A DNA stretch of 64,000 nucleotides, from NCBI GenBank assembly GCA_001600815.1, contig BCKZ01000015.1, positions 1-64,000 of the forward strand. The letters are read 5' to 3'. This document shows, piece by piece, positions 12,107-22,878 of the stretch. The notes below the pieces were generated by a model. The model was given only the letters and a program-made list of their open reading frames with translations, was not told the origin of the DNA and made no database searches. Origin of the DNA: Alloascoidea hylecoeti (Eukaryota). The translations under genes were made by a program, and so were the position numbers. Each line of letters begins with the position of its first letter. Within the stretch, counting starts at the first letter, position 1.

Positions 12107-14408
12107 ATGTTTTGTTTAACATTATGATATGATTCAATACACATTTAATTATTATCATATCATATCATGTCTTATTTTTTTATTTTATTTTATTTTATTT
12201 TTTTTGATTGGTTGAATGTTTTTATTATGTCAAAAGCATATAACTTATATGGAGATTTTATTTTATTTATTTATTTATTTATTTATGACATTAATTGGGT
12301 TTCGGTTTTTCTTTTATTTTATGTTTTTTATTTTATTTTATTTTATTTTATGTTATTTATCATTGCAATTGCAACATATTTGCAGATTTTTGATCATAAT
12401 ACTAATGGTATGTTTGTTTTATTTCATCATTTTGACACAAACTATCAGAATATAACAATTATTTGATATTTATGAATTCATACAATCATTAATCATTATA
12501 ATATTACTACACTTTTTTTCTTTCATTTCATTTCATTCTATTCTCTTCTCATGTTCTTTTTTTCTATTTTCTTCTTATATTTTATTTTATGTTTATTGTT
12601 TATATGAACATGGTTTATACGTTTCTTGTTATATGTTATTCGATTCATTCGATTTATATTTATATTTATATTTATATGGCGGTATACTTATATGTTGTGA
12701 GCTTTCGGGGTGTTTTACACATAATATGCATTGATATTTAATCTTCCTTTTACAAATTGTATATACTGATATTGTTATAATATATGAAATGGAAGAAAAA
12801 TATCTGAATTTTTAAGTATGTAATTAATATTTATATAAAAAAAAAAATATTATTACAAGCTTGATGTTGTAATATGGCCGGGTAAATAAAACATTCGCTA
12901 AAAATTCATATTCTATACCAATAGCAATCTTGGTTTGCCTGAATTGTAAATCAGGTTTAGGTCTCATTTTTATAGTTTGTTAAGGCGGCGCCGGATAGGT
13001 ATTATTTATAGCATTAACGTTTAAAAACTAAGGGAACATAACAAAAATACCATCATGACCTTTCGCCATGTTCGAACAATAAAATGGTCCCGGTCCCGAA
13101 TGGCCGATTATTTAGTTTAAAAAATTGTCCTCATTTTTTTATCAAGTGGCATAATATTTAGTGCATTACATAGACGATAATTATTTATCAGAATGGCTGA
13201 ATATTAGTGTATAATATGGCCGAAACACGTTCCATCACGTATCCCGATATTACTTTTGGTTATTCTTGTTCAGATACGGTCTCTTAAGAGCTGCTGATTT
13301 TCCAATACCATACCGTTTAGAAGGAGTCTTAAAGTTGTCTTTGATATGCCGACGTTAAAATTCAAAGATGGCTCAGCATGCGGTCAGCTTTTACAGGCCA
13401 AAAAAGGATTTGATTTACTCCCCTTTCATTAAATTTATTAGGTTTTTTTGGGCGTAGGTGTTATACCAGAAAGAATGTTAGAAAATTTCTTTATTCTGTT
13501 CCGTACCATTGAACGAGGAATATTAAGCTTTCTGGCTATTTCACCAATTGAAAAGTCATTTTTAAGCAAATTACCAATTAAATTTCAATTCTCTTAGCTG
13601 GTTGTAAATGCTTTTTATAATTAGAATTATCAGAAATCTCGGTTGATGGAGTTTTAAAAGTCATTCTATACGATATTTAAAAAGTTGGAATTTTTAGAGA
13701 TCTAGAGAATAAAAAGTGCGCGCACCAATTATTAGTCACCTCCATCCAGTGGCCGAAATTAACTGTATCTTAATTAATTATAGCGCGTGTAACCAAGGAA
13801 GGGGAAAGGTATCGAATAAAATACTTAAGAACATCATTTCAATCAGTCTTTAAATTTATATAAACAGCAGAGAAAACCTAACAAATTCATAAGCTACTTA
13901 AAAATGTGTTTGGTATAAATTGTGTGGATATATTGGCTTGCCAACCTTTGCCTACATTTTAAATTATTAATTCGGCCATGTGATGTAATAATATTCGGCC
14001 AGTGCTGCAATAAATATTAGACCATATGAACCGCAAACTATTCATTCGGGACACAATTTGAACATTGGGGCTAATTAAGCGATTTGAGATTCTCCGTTCA
14101 TAAATTAGCCCGACTCTTCAAAAAGCTATACGATGGAAATATGTATTTCCTCAACTATATAAGCTTAGCATATTCGTAGGTAAACTGTAGTCAGATTCTT
14201 CTTAATCATATGCAACCAAGCCTGATCATCATGAGACGCTTCATTGAAACCGATACGACAGTAAGAAAAAGTTTAAATTTGGAACCCATTTAAATTTCAT
14301 TTTATATTCTTCCCATAACTTATATTCTTCATTAGAAAAAACCATAATATTATTGAAAATCACAAGTATACGTCTAAAACAACCATTAAATTTAAACAAA
14401 ATTGTAAT

Positions 14409-15707
14409 ATGTCGCTACATGAAAATCTTGAGACCACAATCGATTTTATTTCCGATCTCCCTGATGAAATATCTGAAATAATCTTTACAGATTTGCCACC
14501 AACAGCTTTACTTAATTGTAAAAGAGTATCTAAATCATGGAAACAAATAGTTGAAAATGATGATATCTGGAGATCAAAGTTTCAACATCACAAATCATGG
14601 AAATATTATAATGAAGAATCAGAAATTGATTCATGGTATGATTTATATAAAGAACGATACCTTTTAGAAATAAATTGGAAAAATGATAAGTTTAAACAGT
14701 ATAAATTAAAAGGTCATTCCGCTAAAACATTTTGTGTTAAATTTTTTAAAAATTGGATTATAACTGGTTCAGCAGATTGTACGATAAGAATTTGGGATAA
14801 TGAAACTTTTCAATGTGTAAAAGTGTTAGGTGAGCCTGATATTGAGATATTAACACAATTAGGTGTACCAAATATTCAGACTTTAAGAGAAAATTTATCA
14901 GCAATGGAAATATTAGAGTTAACAAAAGATATTAATATCAATTTTCATTTAGGTACCGTTAGATGTATGGATATTAATCATAAATATTTAGTATCTGGTT
15001 CATTTGATGGTTCTTGTATAATTTGGAAATTACCAGATTTTAAACCAATTGATCGTTTAAGAACACCAGCACGAGGAAATTATTTATTTATAAATTTTGT
15101 GGCCTTATACGATGATTATATTGTATTTTCTGTTTGTGGTTATATTGGAGTATGGAAATCAAGTTTTGATAATTTAGAACATCAGCAACTACAATTTGAT
15201 TTACAACACTGTATAAAAGTTGAAGATTTTATTGAAGGTATTTGCATTCATAATGGTATTATATATACTGCAGGGAGCTTTACTGTAAGAACCTGGAATA
15301 TTGAAACTGGTGAAATAATCCAAGAATTTCGATATAATCAAGTAGGATGCATGACAGTTAATGATCAATACTTATTTGTTAGTGATTACAACAAAATAAT
15401 AGCTTTGGATTTACAAACAAATAAAACAGATATTCTATCAGATGAAGGATCAGGTGAAGGACCAGTTGAATTATTGACAATTAATAATAAAATCATTTCT
15501 GTTAATAATTATTGTAATATTAAGATTTGGAATTTAGATGATCAACAATTATTTAAAGAATTTAAATATCCGGAACATAGACATTTACGTCCTGCTTCTA
15601 CAATTTGTGCTGATACGAAAAGACTAGCTGCTTTAACTATGGATGGTGATGTTGTTATTTATGATTTTACTGGAAAATTAAGGAAAAAATATTTAAAACA
15701 TTTATAA
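14409..15707 (+). CDS. Intronless F-box/WD40 protein (SCF substrate adaptor with a beta-TrCP/Fwd1-like layout)
   Basis: F-box DFISDLPDEISEIIF...RVSKSWKQIVENDDIWR, then WD40 repeats GHS...IITGSADCTIRIWD and LVSGSFDGSCIIW. Confidence 0.9.
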   Translation: MSLHENLETTIDFISDLPDEISEIIFTDLPPTALLNCKRVSKSWKQIVENDDIWRSKFQHHKSWKYYNEESEIDSWYDLYKERYLLEINWKNDKFKQYKLKGHSAKTFCVKFFKNWIITGSADCTIRIWDNETFQCVKVLGEPDIEILTQLGVPNIQTLRENLSAMEILELTKDININFHLGTVRCMDINHKYLVSGSFDGSCIIWKLPDFKPIDRLRTPARGNYLFINFVALYDDYIVFSVCGYIGVWKSSFDNLEHQQLQFDLQHCIKVEDFIEGICIHNGIIYTAGSFTVRTWNIETGEIIQEFRYNQVGCMTVNDQYLFVSDYNKIIALDLQTNKTDILSDEGSGEGPVELLTINNKIISVNNYCNIKIWNLDDQQLFKEFKYPEHRHLRPASTICADTKRLAALTMDGDVVIYDFTGKLRKKYLKHL

Positions 15708-16564
15708 TTTTTTCTACTAGTTTTTAAAGGCATTGGACCTCAACTAAGCCAACGTCTTTTTATTAAAGTTTTTTTCATTATCCTAGATCCAATCAGGTAA
15801 TAAACTCAGTTATGTAGAAATGAAACCTGATATCGTATATATTACTTTACTTCCTCATTTTACCCTCTTTTTTATTGTAACCGTCTCAGCTGATGGCAAA
15901 GGAATATAGTCATTCCTCTTAAGATAGCATCATAGAATTGTTAAAAACTGTAGTCTTTATCCTTCTTGTCGCAAGAAGACCTATACATAATCGTACGACG
16001 TAACCCCCTAAGAAACTTCTTTCAAACCTAAAATACACATATGGTACGCGCACCTAAAATCAACATCACAACCATACAAATAATTATGAAATAGGTCAAT
16101 AAGTGGTCGATAATCCAAAACACCTACTTTATCTAGATGAGTACATGCATATATTTGGTGCGATATTTCCTCATAGCGTATAATGTACAATTGCATGCAT
16201 ATTTTCTGAAGACCAAAATTTTGCGCTGAGAAAAAATGTTGTTCATTTTATAATTATAGACATAGATCTATACCATAAACAAAATTTAAACGAAAACAAA
16301 CTAAACTCCCAAGACTCATTATAATCTATTGCAACAAGGTTTCATCAATGGATCTCATGAAAATTGTATTTACATATGGTAATTGAAGGTAAGATGATGA
16401 ATGAAGAATTTTAAATGTAATATGAATCAGTACTGATCTGGCGTTGCAATGGTATAAACCTTACAGCTATGAATTTGAAAGACAATGTGCAAAATCGCCT
16501 ATAAATTATTTTAAGTACGTTACGATTAACTAATATTAAAATGAAATAACAAATGATCAATATA

Positions 16565-17911
16565 TTATGAAAGAACCCAACCAGAACCAGCTATTAACAG
16601 CCCAGCAAAAATTACAGTAATAACACCAGCACCAGCTTTATCTTTAGTTTCAACAACTACAGTATCAGTAGTTGAACCATTAACTGTAAAGGTTCCAGCA
16701 GCACCATTACCAGTTGAAGTACCACCAGCTGAAGCAGTATAAGGAGCAGGTCTAGTTGGAGCTAAGAAATTTTGAATTACTTCTAAAGCAGACATTTGTT
16801 CACCTAAACCATAATAACCATCCCAACCAGTTGCAGACCAATTTAAACCACAAGTATGACCATCAGTACCACCAGAACATGATTGAGCAGCAGCATTTGC
16901 GGATGCTTCTAAATAAGTATGAATTTTATCATAAGTTGTTGGAGCCATTACTGAAGTTAAACCTAAAAATCTTGAAAATATAGCTTTAAAAGATCTTTGA
17001 TCATTATTACAATTTCCAGCATTTTGACAAGCAGCTTCATACATGACATTATTTTTGAAAAATACTTGGGAACCAGTTAATAGATTTTCAGTTCTATTTA
17101 ACCAAACTGAATTTTCAGTATAATTATAAAGATAAGCACAACCAGCCAGCATTAATCCTTGATTATAAGTCCATTGTAATTTTTGAACGGTGGTACAATT
17201 TGTTGTTAAAGAAGCTCCATCATAAACAAACCACCAAGTTGAAGTGGAGATGAAATTGACATCAACCATCCAGTCCCAAACTTTTTCAGCCCATTCGGTA
17301 TAACTATCATTTGAGGTGTACCTTGCCAGTCTAGCAGCCATATGGAACAAAGCCCCGTTGGAGACAGAATTCTTATAGTCATAACCCGAATTCCAAGTGA
17401 AGATTTGCCAACGGAGGCCGCCGCCGCAATTATCATCGTCCCATCTCAGGGCCATTGTGTTGAACACGGCCTGAGCCAATGACAGCCATTGGGGGTCATA
17501 AGAAGGAGGGTTTGTGAAGTTTCGTTCGGTAGCGGCCATTACGGTGATCCCCCAGAAGGCCTGATCATCGTTTCCCTCCGTGGTACTCTGGTTGGAGGGA
17601 ATATAGTCGTCGTCGGTACCCGTCTGGTACAACAGGGCCTGTTTCAGGATATCATTGTAGGTGTCGTTTTGTAAGTAGAATCCATAGTCCAAGATAGAGT
17701 TCCAGGCAGCCCCGGCCTCCCACCAATAGTAGGGGTTGGAGAACATACCTATCGTCTCGCCGTAATCTAGGCCATTGTAGTAATCCATCAAACCCTGACT
17801 GATTAGAGAAGTTGCGGCCTGAATGGAGGTGAGGTCGTTCAAATCCAGCGAAACAGCCCGAACATTACAAACAGAGATGGCTAGCCCCAGACAAAAAGGG
17901 AGAAGTTTCAT
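16565..17911 (-). CDS. DCW1: GPI-anchored GH76 endo-1,6-mannanase, Dcw1/Dfg5 family
   Basis: Signal peptide, YYWWEAG, EGNDDQAFWG, GGLRWQIFTWNSGYDYKN, WTYNQG, DQRSFK, LGEQMSALE and a C-terminal DKAGAGVIT hydrophobic GPI signal. DCW1 versus DFG5 cannot be firmly separated. Confidence 0.9.
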   Translation of the reverse strand: MKLLPFCLGLAISVCNVRAVSLDLNDLTSIQAATSLISQGLMDYYNGLDYGETIGMFSNPYYWWEAGAAWNSILDYGFYLQNDTYNDILKQALLYQTGTDDDYIPSNQSTTEGNDDQAFWGITVMAATERNFTNPPSYDPQWLSLAQAVFNTMALRWDDDNCGGGLRWQIFTWNSGYDYKNSVSNGALFHMAARLARYTSNDSYTEWAEKVWDWMVDVNFISTSTWWFVYDGASLTTNCTTVQKLQWTYNQGLMLAGCAYLYNYTENSVWLNRTENLLTGSQVFFKNNVMYEAACQNAGNCNNDQRSFKAIFSRFLGLTSVMAPTTYDKIHTYLEASANAAAQSCSGGTDGHTCGLNWSATGWDGYYGLGEQMSALEVIQNFLAPTRPAPYTASAGGTSTGNGAAGTFTVNGSTTDTVVVETKDKAGAGVITVIFAGLLIAGSGWVLS

Positions 17912-18065
17912 TTTGCAGTACTAAAGTTCTAATTATAAATTTGGGAACTCAATTTTCAAATCTTAACTTAACTGAGTTGACCGTTTCCATGGCAATCACA
18001 CCCCAACCTCTTTTGTTCATCTCCATCACTTTTTGTTTTTGGCTGCTGTTGATTTTGCTGTATAA

Positions 18066-20210
18066 ATGCCTGACGACTCTTTTTCTAGGTTTGCCCGTGG
18101 CAAATCTTCGTCCTCTTCTTCTCCGATAGAATCTTATAAAAATGCAGAGTTTCGGGGCCAAAGCACTCCAACGAGTGTTAGTTCACCTAATAAGAAGGTA
18201 GATGTGGATTCCGGTGATGATTCTCTGTTTAAAGACATGGATTTACGTTTTTCAGAAACAAGTTTAAAAGATATCAATCCGAAATCAAATATTAGAATGA
18301 ACAACAATTATGAATACACGAATACAAATACAAATTCTCATACTAATACTAACACTAATACAAATACTAATACAAATACTGGCGTGATGCTTCCACAAGG
18401 CTATACTTCATTATTCACAAACACCAATTCATATTTAAATTTTTCTTCAAATCAGCATTTTAAACTTTCTTCTGTTCCATTATCTTCAACTGATGCTCTT
18501 TTAACGAATGCATTAAAAGAATTAAAACTAAAATATACTTCTTCAATAAAAGAAAGAAGTAATTTATCTTTACAACTATCTCAATTATCAAATCAACTAA
18601 ATAAAACAAATTCACAATTAAAAAATGAAATTCATGAGAAGGAAAAATTTTCAAAAATACTATATAAATATAAAGAATCATTAATTTATAAAAATAATGA
18701 ATTAACAAAATATCAAAATCATATTAAAAATTTAGAAATTTTATTATCTAAAACTAACAATAATTATAATAAATTACAAATAGATAAATCACTACCAATA
18801 AATGAAAATAAAATTGAAAATGACAATGGAAATTCAACATTAAATTCATTTAAAATAAAATTATTAGAATCTGAAAAAGATCAATTATTTAAAAAAAATA
18901 ATGAATTAAATTCAAAAATTAAACAATTAGAATTAAAATTATCATCCTTATCATCATCATCATTTCCACAACAAAATGATGATAGTAATTTAATTACTAT
19001 TGATTTTTTGCAAAAAGAAAATGAATTATTAAAAAAACAGTTAATAAATTCAGAAAATGAAAAGATTCAATTATTAACAAACTTATCAAATTCATCAAAT
19101 TCATCAAAATCAAAATCAAAATCAAATCAATCTAACAATAATCATAAAGATATTAAAAATATAAATCCAAAAGAAACAATAATTATAAATGGAATAAATA
19201 ATCTAAAGAAAGAACTTTTAAACTTACAAAAGAATTATTCAATTAAACCGATTGATATAAACTTTCATACTCATAAAAATAGTCAAAATAAAATGAATGA
19301 TACTGTTTTAAATCTTGAAGAAAATTTGAAAAATTTACAAAAAAAAATTGATTTACAAAAAGAAATTAAAAGATTACAAGAAATGTTAAGTTATTTACAA
19401 AAAAATGATCGTACTAATGCAAATAATGAAGACGATATTGGTAATGATAATAATACAGATTCTTGGTATGATATAGAATTATATAATGATAAATCAAAAC
19501 CCAAACACAAGCAGAAACGAAATAAAAAACAAAAAGAAAGACAAAAAAGTATGAAGTCAAATGATGTTTCAATAAGTATATGGGATAAATCGCCAAGTAC
19601 CAAGAAATCTAATAAAAATCATAAATCAAAATTAAATCCAAAACATTCTAATTCAAATAAATTAACTGACATAATTGATAAACAATTACCACCTCATTCC
19701 TGTAATATATGCAATGATAACGAATCAAAATCAAATAATTTCACAAACTTTGAAATTAAAAATAACAAAAAATCATCAAAAAATCAAAAACAAAAATCAA
19801 TTAATTTTATAATAAATGGTATGAAATCAGAACATGATATTTTAAAATCAAATTGTGAAGAATTATTATTAAATTATAATTTAACAATTGATAATAATGG
19901 AGATGGTAAAAATATAATCAATAAAATTAAATTAATCTTAAATGAATTAGATAATAAATCAGATCAAATTTATGCTTTATATGATTTAGCAATTGGTAAT
20001 GATTTAGAAATTGATTCAGATTCAGTTTCAGATTGTAATTTAAGTTTAAATGTAAGGATAAAGAATCAGCAAGATAAAGAGAATAGAGGGGAACTTGAAA
20101 ATGGAGATGATAATGATAATGATAATGGAAATGAAATTGATGATTATCAGGGTATCGAAGATGGATACACTACTAGAGACTTACTTGGGAAATGCTCTTG
20201 GATTAATTAA
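18066..20210 (+). CDS. Coiled-coil protein, Ppc89/Cep57-like spindle pole body component
   Basis: Long heptad region, PPHSCNIC motif and C-terminal ...MKSEHDILK...LNELDNKSDQIYALYD, resembling the Cep57 microtubule-binding domain of fungal Ppc89 (recognised from memory, not searched). Confidence 0.65.
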   Translation: MPDDSFSRFARGKSSSSSSPIESYKNAEFRGQSTPTSVSSPNKKVDVDSGDDSLFKDMDLRFSETSLKDINPKSNIRMNNNYEYTNTNTNSHTNTNTNTNTNTNTGVMLPQGYTSLFTNTNSYLNFSSNQHFKLSSVPLSSTDALLTNALKELKLKYTSSIKERSNLSLQLSQLSNQLNKTNSQLKNEIHEKEKFSKILYKYKESLIYKNNELTKYQNHIKNLEILLSKTNNNYNKLQIDKSLPINENKIENDNGNSTLNSFKIKLLESEKDQLFKKNNELNSKIKQLELKLSSLSSSSFPQQNDDSNLITIDFLQKENELLKKQLINSENEKIQLLTNLSNSSNSSKSKSKSNQSNNNHKDIKNINPKETIIINGINNLKKELLNLQKNYSIKPIDINFHTHKNSQNKMNDTVLNLEENLKNLQKKIDLQKEIKRLQEMLSYLQKNDRTNANNEDDIGNDNNTDSWYDIELYNDKSKPKHKQKRNKKQKERQKSMKSNDVSISIWDKSPSTKKSNKNHKSKLNPKHSNSNKLTDIIDKQLPPHSCNICNDNESKSNNFTNFEIKNNKKSSKNQKQKSINFIINGMKSEHDILKSNCEELLLNYNLTIDNNGDGKNIINKIKLILNELDNKSDQIYALYDLAIGNDLEIDSDSVSDCNLSLNVRIKNQQDKENRGELENGDDNDNDNGNEIDDYQGIEDGYTTRDLLGKCSWIN

Positions 20211-20332
20211 TATTTATGTAATTATTAAGTTTGATTATAATATATCACGTGTTATCTGTTATCCTCAACTTCCGAATAATAAACATCTTACGTATTTTTT
20301 ATTTCCGATAACAACTTCAAATATTAATATTA

Positions 20333-22672
20333 ATGCCTGAACTTTTATATGTTGATAATAAAGGAAATTTTACAGACTCTCATGGTCGTATTATTACTTT
20401 AAAAGGAATAAATTTAGATGGACGTTCAAAATTACCAAGTGAACCAAATATACCAACTTTTATCCCAATATCCGATAAAGATCTAAATAATTCATATTGG
20501 GATGGTGATAATGTTTCGTTTATTAACAGACCATATTCATTAAATGAATGTCACGAACATTTTAATAGAATTAAAAAATGGGGTTATAATACAATACGTT
20601 ATATTTTTACTTGGGAATCTATTGAACATTCCGGTCCTGATAAATATGATGATGATTTTATAAATTTCACAATTGAAATTTTAAAAATTGCTCAAATTTA
20701 TGATTTATATGTTTTTATGGATCCTCATCAAGATGTATGGTCAAGATATTCTGGTGGTAGTGGTGCACCATTATGGACATTATATTCAGTTGGTTTAAAT
20801 CCAAAAAATTTTAAATTTACAAATTCTGCTATAGTTGAAAATTTCTATGATGCTGATGATGATGATTTAAAAAATTATCCAAAAATGATTTGGCCAACTA
20901 ATTATAATCGTTTATGTTGTCAAATTATGTTTACTTTATTTTTTGGTGGTAAAGATTTTGCACCAAATTGTATAATTAATGATTTAAATATACAAGATTA
21001 TTTACAATTACATTTTTTAAATTCTTGTGATTATTTATATAAAAAAATTAATGATTATGATAATGGTTCATTAATGAATACAACAATTATTGGTTTTGAA
21101 ACAATTAATGAACCAAATTTTGGTTTAATTAGTTTACAAGATATTAATATTATACCAGATCATCAAAAATTAAGATTAGGAACTTGTCCAACTGCAATAC
21201 AATCAATGAGATTAGGTAATGGTATATCACAAACTGTTGATTTTTATAAATTTACTTCATTTGGTCCTAAAAAATCAGGTACTGTTACAGTTGATCCAAA
21301 AGGTGTTAAAGCGTGGTTAAGTCCTGAAGAAGTTAAAAAATTTGATTTAAAATATGGTTGGGAAAGAGGTTCAAATTGGGAAATGGGGAATTGTATTTGG
21401 GCAAATCATGGTGTTTGGGATATTAAAACTGGTGAGATTTTAAAATCAGATTATTTTGGTATTAACCATAAAACAGGTGAAATTATAAATAAAGACGATT
21501 TTACAAATATTTATTTTATTGAATATTGGGGTAAACATTTTAAAAGAATTCGAAATTTATCAAAAACTGCTTTTGCTTTATGTCAACCTCCTGTATTGGA
21601 ATTACCACCAACATTAATTGGAACTGATTTAATCGATGAAAGATGTGTTTATTGTCCGCATTATTATGATGGTTTATCATTAATGATGAAAACATGGAAT
21701 ACTTGGTATAATGTAGATACTTTGGGCTTAATGAGAGGAAGATATAGTTCTCCATTAAGTGCAATTGTTCTTGGTGAAACAAATATTAGAAAATGTCTTA
21801 GGAATCAATTCCAACAAATTAAAGATGAAGGAATTGAATATTTAGGTAATATACCATGTTTAATGAGTGAAACTGGTATGCCATTTGATATGGATGATAA
21901 GAAAGCTTATAAAGATGGGAATTATGATTCTCAAATAAGGGCATTGGATGCAATAAGTTTTGCATTGGATGGAACTTGTATGAATCATACATATTGGTGT
22001 TATAGCTCTGATAATTGTCATAAATGGGGGGATAATTGGAACAATGAAGATTTTAGTTTTTGGTCAAAAGATGATTTTCAAAAAAATTCAAAATTTAATA
22101 ATTATAAAAATAATAAAATATTTGAAACTAAAAAGTTTCTTACTGCTAATTCAAGTATAAGAAACGAAAATAGTGATGGTTCTTCATCTATTTCATATGC
22201 CAATACAATATTAGAAAATAGTTCTGATAATTTAATCTCGTTACCGCTTACACTATCAGTGGAATCAGATGAAAATGGAATAAATGGAACAAGAGCAGCA
22301 AGTAGTACGATAAGACCATATCCTGTTAAAATTAATGGGATTCCAAAATCATGGGAATTTGATAGATATAAAAGAACATTTTCGTTAAAAATCACACCAT
22401 CATCATCTCCACCAATCGAGAATAATTCCGATTCTACAAATGAATATTTATATCCAACGGAGATTTACTTACCGTCTTATCAATTTCCAGTTTCTGGTGG
22501 TTTGGATCTTGACATTGATGTTAGTAGTGGACATTGGGATTTTGATGTTCGTACAGAAGTGTTATCATGGTGGAATTACGAAGAAGGATTAGTTGAAGAG
22601 CAATATATAACAATTAGGATTAAAGAAACCGTAGCGGTTGAAGTCGATGATAATTGTTGCAAAGTTATGTAG
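20333..22672 (+). CDS. EGH1: GH5 sterylglucosidase / endoglycoceramidase-related protein (Egh1/EGCrP2)
   Basis: GYNTIRYIFTWESIEH, MDPHQDVWSRYSGGSGAPLW, acid/base INEP, PHYYDGLSL, nucleophile SETGMP, GDNWNNEDFSFWS. Confidence 0.9.
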   Translation: MPELLYVDNKGNFTDSHGRIITLKGINLDGRSKLPSEPNIPTFIPISDKDLNNSYWDGDNVSFINRPYSLNECHEHFNRIKKWGYNTIRYIFTWESIEHSGPDKYDDDFINFTIEILKIAQIYDLYVFMDPHQDVWSRYSGGSGAPLWTLYSVGLNPKNFKFTNSAIVENFYDADDDDLKNYPKMIWPTNYNRLCCQIMFTLFFGGKDFAPNCIINDLNIQDYLQLHFLNSCDYLYKKINDYDNGSLMNTTIIGFETINEPNFGLISLQDINIIPDHQKLRLGTCPTAIQSMRLGNGISQTVDFYKFTSFGPKKSGTVTVDPKGVKAWLSPEEVKKFDLKYGWERGSNWEMGNCIWANHGVWDIKTGEILKSDYFGINHKTGEIINKDDFTNIYFIEYWGKHFKRIRNLSKTAFALCQPPVLELPPTLIGTDLIDERCVYCPHYYDGLSLMMKTWNTWYNVDTLGLMRGRYSSPLSAIVLGETNIRKCLRNQFQQIKDEGIEYLGNIPCLMSETGMPFDMDDKKAYKDGNYDSQIRALDAISFALDGTCMNHTYWCYSSDNCHKWGDNWNNEDFSFWSKDDFQKNSKFNNYKNNKIFETKKFLTANSSIRNENSDGSSSISYANTILENSSDNLISLPLTLSVESDENGINGTRAASSTIRPYPVKINGIPKSWEFDRYKRTFSLKITPSSSPPIENNSDSTNEYLYPTEIYLPSYQFPVSGGLDLDIDVSSGHWDFDVRTEVLSWWNYEEGLVEEQYITIRIKETVAVEVDDNCCKVM

Positions 22673-22878
22673 TTACATATTTATTTATTTTATAAAAGTG
22701 TGGAATATATTAGATTGGCTTAAAATTTAAAGGACACGCCTCCTGAACGGAACTTGATGGATGGAAAGTCCTGGAATGCTCTGCAGTATAAATAAAAACA
22801 TACTTCTTCCTAAAAATCTCTCTTTTCATCATTATAACACCAACTTTTGAATTTTAAACATTACAAACTTACACAAAG

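Noticed and set aside
12167..12466. Hydrophobic 99-aa and 79-aa ORFs after ATG1
   Set aside because: They arise from (TTTTA)n low-complexity 3' flank; the Phe/Ile/Tyr bias reflects T-richness.
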